Shown here one piece after another: positions 57,301 to 64,000 of a stretch of 64,000 nt of DNA. The stretch spans positions 310,001-374,000 of the forward strand of contig OZ116703.1 of assembly GCA_964199315.1 (NCBI GenBank), in the 5' to 3' direction. Each line of letters begins with the position of its first letter. The first letter of the stretch is position 1. The position numbers and the translations under genes were made by a program. Under the pieces are notes generated by a model that searched no databases, was not told where the DNA came from, and saw only the letters and a list, made by a program, of their open reading frames with translations. The stretch is from Orbicella franksi. Taxonomy: Eukaryota.

Positions 57301-58740
57301 TGGTCAAGAGCAAGGCACTTCACTAAATGATATTGCCTCAAACGACTCAATTGGGTAAGAAAAAACGGTAATGATAAATGGTATCGTCTTTAACAACTGA
57401 GAAATTGGTGGTCTATACTGAACAATGTCCGTTCTACAATTTCCATAAGCCGGTCTAAGGAGTCAATATTGTATCGTAGGATCTCTTTCATTTTGGACTC
57501 TTAAAGTGAGGTTTCATTTAATCAAAGACCAGTTTATATCTGACAGAACTGAAAGTGAACTTGAATCTGAAGATATTGTTCACGTGATGGTCGTTCTAGA
57601 TCTCAGTACCTCTCTTATTTCAGCTCTGGTGATAAGCAACTGGTTCTTGTCATCCTGTAAACGTAAATTTAAACAAAAGTTTTAATATGATGCCACCTAG
57701 ACAAGTTTCTAAAACCTCTCAATTAATATTATGGCTTAGTTTGAAGGCAAACAAGTATTTTAATTTACTTAAGCAATTTTGTTAAAAATGTGTTAGAAAA
57801 TGATGGCTTTAAATTGTTTTTTGCATGAGAAGACTATCAGTTGGCTTGAAAGTTTTTGTTATAAAGCCACAAGTGGGTCGTTGTTTTAGTTTAGTAAAAA
57901 TTTTTGTATCTTTTTCTTTGTTATTATTTTTTTTTGTTCGAATTTTTTTGACCAAGTACCTTATTTAGGCCGGATTATATATTGTCAGTAATTAGCGATT
58001 TTTGCGTCCGAGTTACGAACACATGCACAGATCAGTGCATGTTCTAAACACAATCACTGGAGCTAGGAATGAGACTACAACACAGACAACCGCTGCTTAC
58101 CAGATCTTCTATTTCTCTGACAACTAATCCAAACGTAACGATAACCGCGTCCTCGCTCCTAAGGACGGGTCTAACTCGTCTGTTGTACTTGTTAGCGTCG
58201 AGCAAGTCTTCTATGAGGGTTCGCTTGTTACGAGTAGCATTTGCTGCTTCAAAACCTGCAAAAAATAACATTCAATTAAATCATGGCGATGGTTTGGCTA
58301 CATTTTTGGAGGCGGCGATCTAATTTGTGTCTTCAAGCGGCGCTCTGAGGAACAAGGCCATAGATAGGGATGAATGCTCTTAGTAGTTCTTCAGTTGAAG
58401 GGGGATCGCCAGATCGTGAGAAAAACGAATATTTATCAAATGAACTAGACCTTTTCTCTACGCTGGTAATTTTTTGGCATTTGTACAACATTGATTTACA
58501 CAAAAACTGTCTTATATCCCTTGATATTAAATAACAATTCGAATAATGTTTTTCGCCTGATGGAACTTCAGCAACGTGAAAAAACAAAAAACAAAAACTA
58601 AGCATGGGTATCAGGGTAACTCTTTAGTTTCAGGGCAGGTATTTTCAATAGAACACTGCAGTAGACAAGCACAGCTTACCTTTGACTGTAGAACAAAACA
58701 ACAACATTAAAACAAGCACTTGTACAAATCGAGCATCCAT
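54390..58740 (-). CDS. Nicotinic acetylcholine receptor-like alpha subunit B, 469 aa
   Basis: Exons 58740-58680, 58255-58101, 57654-57610 (45 nt), 57231-57122 (110 nt), 56772-56571, 56204-55955, 55577-55375, 55244-55124, 54652-54390; 1410 nt. WIPDIVLYNN, CKIRVDNYPFDQQNCELKFGSW, loop C YTCCPDPY, M2 NERMTVGMAILVGLSFFFLLVAE. Confidence 0.92.
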
Positions 58741-59097
58741 GGTACTCGATCGTTCGCATTACGACAAAAATAAATATTCAGGTATATTCTCCCAATTCAT
58801 TCAAATATGCAGCGCGCATTTGGACTCTTGCCAGGCTAACAGGTGGGCCACCTTCAGTGATAATGATTTGGCTCGTGATTGAAAGCAGTATTTACTTGTC
58901 TGCCAGTCTGTAAATTGTTCAGTATATAAATTGTCCTTACTGGCCGACATACAGTTAAAATGATGTTTTTCAGAGAAATTTTTGGCACGGATAGTATTCA
59001 CTTAGTGAATGGTTTCTGTCGTTTATTCATAATCTGATGTCGATTGTAATCTTGGAGTTTAAATGTTAAATTCTCAACAGCTTAAGAGACCCACGTA

Positions 59098-59159
59098 TAG
59101 CCCGAGAGCGGGCTCACGTTGGAGCAAAAGTGCGCGCGGCGTAGCCTGCTCGTAGGCTA
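59098..59159. repeat. Mini inverted-repeat element related to 39859-40029
   Basis: TAGCCCGAGAGCGGGCT ... AGCCTGCTCGTAGGCTA. Confidence 0.4.
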
Positions 59160-59549
59160 ACCTATGTACCGTACAACTGGCTGACGAGTTAGTTTTACAG
59201 ACCAGTCCGAAAGATTATCGATTGGTACCGAACTTCACTTGATTCTTGACAGCGAATTAGTCTAAAACAGGTGCCCCCGCAGGTGGCAATGGAACGAAAA
59301 CGTCTTGTTTTCCTTCTACGGGTGTATCTACTGCGCTATAAACCTGTTTGTCAAGGGCGTATGAAACTCTTCCCTGGTAGCACTTATAAACGTGTGGTTA
59401 TCGTTCCGCCTGAACGAACCCGTGTTACACACTCGCCGAAGTACCAAAGACAGCGACCAGGAAAGAAATTTTAAAATGCGAAATCCTCTAAAGAATTTCT
59501 GGGTAATTCCGTGGTACGTATTGTAAAGAGTCGTTTATTTCGTTTGGAT

Positions 59550-61821
59550 ATGGCATCTGTGGAGGTCGAAAAACTATCAGAGCATCTTCTCAAGTGCCCA
59601 ATTTGCCTGGAAACCTACACGACGCCTAAGGTTCTTCCTTGTCTGCACACGTTTTGCCAACATTGTTTACAAGGACTAATCAACAGTGGAGAAAACACCA
59701 TTATATGTCCTACGTGTCGATGCGAGGTTTCCGTGCCCAAAGATGGCGTCGGTGCACTATCGACCAACTTCTTCATCAACAACATGCTGGACTTTCTTTC
59801 GGTTGCGAAGAGTAACTCGAACCCAGTTGTTTGCACAAACTGCGAGGAACAAAACAGGGCGACATCCAGATGTATCGAATGCATGGAGTTCCTGTGTTCG
59901 CAGTGCGTGGCAGCACATCGCAGGACTCGAATGACTAAAGAACATGAAGTTATTGCCTTAGGTGACTTGCAAGCGCAAAAAGAAGTCCAGGAGAAGCTTC
60001 ACAGGCCTCTGTTGTGCGCCGTCCACGAGCGCGATGTGTTGAAGTACTTCTGCGAAACCTGTGATGAGCCTGTTTGCCGCGAGTGCCTGATTATCGATCA
60101 TCGAGAGCATCATTATGGTTACTTGAAAGATGTGGATAAGAGACATCGCTCCGAGGTAGGATGGTCAGTTTTTAGTAGATAAAAAAGAATATTTCATATT
60201 TCTCCATAACTGGAGTACATATCTAAGCGGCGTCAACTGAATCTCTTCATTTTATTCCGCATAAAATACTTGGAAATGTAATAACTGGCGTGATCTAACT
60301 ACGCATTCAGTTGTGAAATATTGTAATCTTTCGTCCGAAAGCGCATGCAACGCCGGTAACCAAGGACTCTAATATATACACACTATAGATTGCTTTTTGA
60401 CATATCACCAGTAAAAAGAAATTGTGAGTTAACTGAGGAAAAATAGGTAAGCAGGTAGCAGGAGCTTGAATTTAAATCTGTCCCCAGTTGTTAAATTCGA
60501 CTCGAATTAGCATTCCCATGTAACTTTAAAATGTGAAATCACCTTTGGGTTTTGGGTAAATTATGTTCACTTGGTAGTTGAAGTTATTGCTTGTTTTCCC
60601 ATAGATTTAAAACATGATTTAAAGTTGTTAGTTGACATTCTTTGTTTTGTTGTTTGCTGCTAATTGTTTTTATATATTTTTCCCAGGTTGGAGTCCTCGT
60701 CATGAACACGAAAAAAAGAATCGGTCCATTAAAACAGGCCATCGAAAAAGTAGCCGAAACTAAACAGAAGCTCGATTGTAAACTGGAGGAAGTTCGGCAG
60801 CAAGTGATGCAAAACTGCAAGCGATGCAGAGAAGTCGTTTCAGAAAGAGAAGAAGAAATTCTGACACAAGTAAACAACATCTACCGTATGAAATCCAAAA
60901 CTCTGGAAATCCAACTCGATGAGCTAGAGATGATGCTGGGGAATCTAAACAGCAGTATTGATTTTACCGAAAGTCTCCTCAGGCACGGCAACGAGGCTGA
61001 AGTCATGCTTGTAAAAAAGCAAATGACTCAACGTTTGCAAGATTTGAACAACACGAAGCTAGAGCACTTGCCATTAGAGGATGATCTCATCGACTACACA
61101 TTCTCTGCTGACGAGTTTAGAAAGGCTATTGAGCATATCGGTGAGGTGAAGGTTTATCATGCTTATCCGCCATATTGTTTTGCCACTGGTGTCGGAATTC
61201 ATCGAGCCAAATCTGGATTGGAAGCAGTGTTTCTTGTTACTACTAAAGACAGAATGAACGAGATCTACAGCGGCAAAGGCGAACCAATCAGCGTGGAGAT
61301 TGCCCCACCCGAGGGAGATCCCGTACCAAGTAAGTAGAGCCCAGTTTCTCACTTTCGTTGCTTTCAGAGAAGTTCACACAACTTGCCAAATTTACTGCAA
61401 AGCTTTTTTTTTTTTTTTTGCTATGAGCTTGGTATGAAGAATCGTTCGAAATACGTTAAAAAGATATTTTCTAATTGTTTGATAGCGTACGTAATTGACA
61501 ACGAAGATGGCACCTTTACGGTATCTTACCAACCAATAGTCCGGGGAGCACACCAGATTAAAATCACCATGAGAAACATCAATATCAACGGCAGTCCCTT
61601 CACTGTTAACGTGACTGGAAGAATGGACTTTGCTAAGGTTGGGAAAGTCCTGGCATGCTTTGGCTGCGAGGGGTCTGGAGGAGGTAAGGAATAATGGGAC
61701 TGCAGAAACCTTAAGGAGTAGTTAAAATCTCAAGTCACCTGTTACTTTGACTTGATTTAGAGCTTAGTGCTCTCACTATCAGGTCTAGAGAAGAATCTAC
61801 TTTTAGCCCTTCTGCATCTTT

Positions 61822-61857
<36 letters not shown>

Positions 61858-63212
61858 TATTTATTTATTTATTTATTTATGTATTTATTCGTTTGTTTGT
61901 TTGCTTGTTTTCGCAAACGCTTAAACATGCTTTAAATTGTCCTGCGCTTCTAGGTTGTCACTGGTTAGAACATCAAATCGTAATTTGTTTGTCATTCTAT
62001 TTTGGATCTTTCCACATGTTTAGACTGTTACAAGTTGGACTGTCAACGTTTTATTGTCAGTTAGTTAGTGTGAAATGTTTTCTTAACAATGTTAAGGCTT
62101 GATTGCTGATTGTTTCCTCCAAATTACAGGTGAATTCAACATGCCCTGGGGCGTCGCCATCGATGATGAAAACAATCACCTGATTGTAACAGATTGTAAT
62201 AACCACCGAGTGCAGGTCTTTGACTTTGAGGGAACCTTCATGTTCAAGTTCGGCTCAGAGGGCACGGAGAAGGGTCAGTTTAAAAACCCGAAAGGCGTCG
62301 CCCGCGCTCGTAACGGCCATATAATGGTCGCAGATTGCAACAATCATCGAGTTCAAGTATTCAACGAAGACGGTCGATTCATCAGGAAATTCGGCGTGTA
62401 TGGGGTTGAGCGACCAGGCCTGTTGAACCATCCGTGCGGCGTGTTTTCCACTGCTGGGGAACTGGTGATAGTGACGGAACAGGATAATCATCGAGTGCAG
62501 TTATTTAACATGAACGGGGAGCCAGTGCGACATTTTGGAACCCAGGGCTTTTCTAAGGGGCAGTTTATATACCCGCATCACGTGTGTGTGAACCAGCGGG
62601 GGAGGATCATTGTCGCTGACTGCGTGAATGATAGGGTACAGGTGTTTGACATGGAGGGAAAATACTTATCCGACTTTGGAAAGGAAGGTGAACATTTTAT
62701 GCATCAGTAGCGTTAACAGAATGTTTATTATGAGGCTTCTCGCCCTTCTTCGTGAAGTTCTCCGTTCTAGTATAAGCTGCAGCCATTCTCCTTTATTAAT
62801 CGATAACAAGAGCTACCTTTTAAATATCTGACCAGGGCGAACCTCTTGTTCTCATCCCCTTTCCGATGGACCCCTCTTTTTTCCGTAAGGCCCCTGGTAA
62901 TCAAATTAGGCATTCCCTTATAGTTAATTTAACCAATAGCTATCGCATCGCCCTTTCTAACCTGCAGGATCACAAAACGGCCTGTTTGACGGTCCCGAGG
63001 GCGTGGCCTGTGATGATGAAGACAACATCTTAGTGTGCGATTACCACAACCACAGAATTCAAGTGTTTGATACTAATGGCGAATTTGTGAGTGCGTTTGG
63101 TACGTTTGGCGAAGATGAAGGCTGCTTTAAAAATCCTTGTGGTATCGCTGTAACTAAGGAGGGCAACATTGTTGTTGTCGATAGCGGGAACAACAGAATA
63201 CAAGTCTTCTAG
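59550..63212 (+). CDS. TRIM-NHL E3 ubiquitin ligase (RING, B-box1, B-box2, coiled coil, filamin, 6 NHL repeats; TRIM71/TRIM2/3-like), 749 aa
   Basis: Exons 59550-60155, 60687-61329, 61486-61683, 62130-62687, 62968-63212; 2250 nt. RING CPICLETYTTPKVLPCLHTFCQHC...CPTCR; two B-boxes; filamin DNEDGTFTVSYQP...GSPF; six FGxxG...F..PxG...D..NxR blades. Confidence 0.92.
61820..61910. repeat. Compound (TTTC)n(TTTA)n(TTTG)n microsatellite in TRIM intron 3
   Basis: Read directly from the sequence. Confidence 0.9.
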
Positions 63213-64000
63213 AAACACTGAACTGATTATAAGAGAGGCGTGCCCGGCCCCTGAGGCGAGAACTGGACTTGATATAAAGTGTCAGGTCTATGGTTAGCTT
63301 CAGCAACTTCAACAATATATTCAGCAACGTTGTAAAGTGGTCAAATTATTGAAGAAAGGTAGATTAGATTGTATCCTAGTTACTGAGATTTAAGAGATGC
63401 AGATATACAAGCGAACGATAATGAACTCTCCGAGTCAGCGATAAAACATATGAAGCGTGAACTGTTAAATTCCATACTGAAGAATAAAGTGTCGACTTTC
63501 AGGCTAATCTTCGAACATCTCAATACCAATAGGAAAAAAAACTCACGTGTACGGGCCTGTACAGCACGAAAGCAAGTGCTTGTGCGATTTTTCGTGGTTG
63601 GATGGCTCGTTCAAATTATTTCCCGTTCTTTTATGACAAGGCAAAATCCTACCAGCGTATTTTCCATAATTTGTCGGAACTTCCATCCTTGTAAATTGGA
63701 GTTTTTGTAAAAAATAATATGTTATCGAAAAATGTAGGTTAATTTGACTGTAAATTATAATGTTGTTAGTATCACCACATTTATCATAACAGAAAATCTA
63801 CATTTTTTAATACATGTTAACTTTCGGGAAAATTAGTATTCACATCGTTAACCCCTAATTGATTAGTTTCCATTGGCTCCCGACAGTTTAACCCATTGAC
63901 TTTTGGCTCTTAATTAAAATATCGTGTAAGGTTCTAGTTCTGAGCTAAACAAACTGACATGAACTGATAAATGAATGTCATCGCCAGCACCTAATGACCA

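Noticed and set aside
59276-59288. CTCF-like motif CCCGCAGGTGGCA in the nAChR-B/TRIM intergenic region
   Set aside because: CTCF is considered bilaterian-specific, the match is imperfect, and a single motif is weak evidence.
59511-59549. N-terminal extension of the TRIM from a GTG start
   Set aside because: Eukaryotic gene; the ATG at 59550 (MASVEVEK) directly precedes the RING in the usual position.
1-64000. tRNA, rRNA, snRNA genes or a prokaryotic/horizontally transferred segment
   Set aside because: No cloverleaf, rRNA or snRNA signature was recognised by eye (covariance-model searches not run), and all long ORFs are explained by animal genes or a LINE.

Overview
Eukaryotic, AT-rich, intron-containing animal DNA, almost certainly from a stony coral (Scleractinia), because it carries a SAARP/CARP4-type skeletal aspartic-acid-rich gene. 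I assembled 11 protein-coding gene models by hand from GT-AG sites, with codon phases consistent across exons. In order: two tail-to-tail B4GALNT3/4-like glycosyltransferases (+ 1530-4995, - 6630-9327); two head-to-head PPP1R27/MYPT-like ankyrin genes (- 11211-11672, + 14551-15219); a 2-exon protein with about 16 Xin-register repeats (- 19493-24562); ILRUN (- 27631-32409); head-to-head with it, harmonin/USH1C (+ 32665-42021); nAChR-like subunit A (- 42796-47307); SAARP (+ 50241-53418); nAChR-like subunit B (- 54390-58740); and a TRIM-NHL E3 ligase (+ 59550-63212). There is also a decayed LINE reverse transcriptase, several MITE-like elements and microsatellites. No rRNA, tRNA or CRISPR array was seen. 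The most notable observations are: (1) mutually complementary (ACTG)n/(CAGT)n arrays in three introns of nAChR-A that could fold the pre-mRNA around exon 6 or exons 3-6; (2) a perfect 232-bp identity tract between the otherwise diverged inverted B4GALNT paralogs; (3) a cnidarian protein built of Xin-register repeats; (4) a frame-essential 10-nt microexon in ILRUN; (5) reciprocal degeneration of ligand-site versus pore residues in the two nAChR-like subunits flanking SAARP. All family assignments come from recalled motifs, not from database searches.
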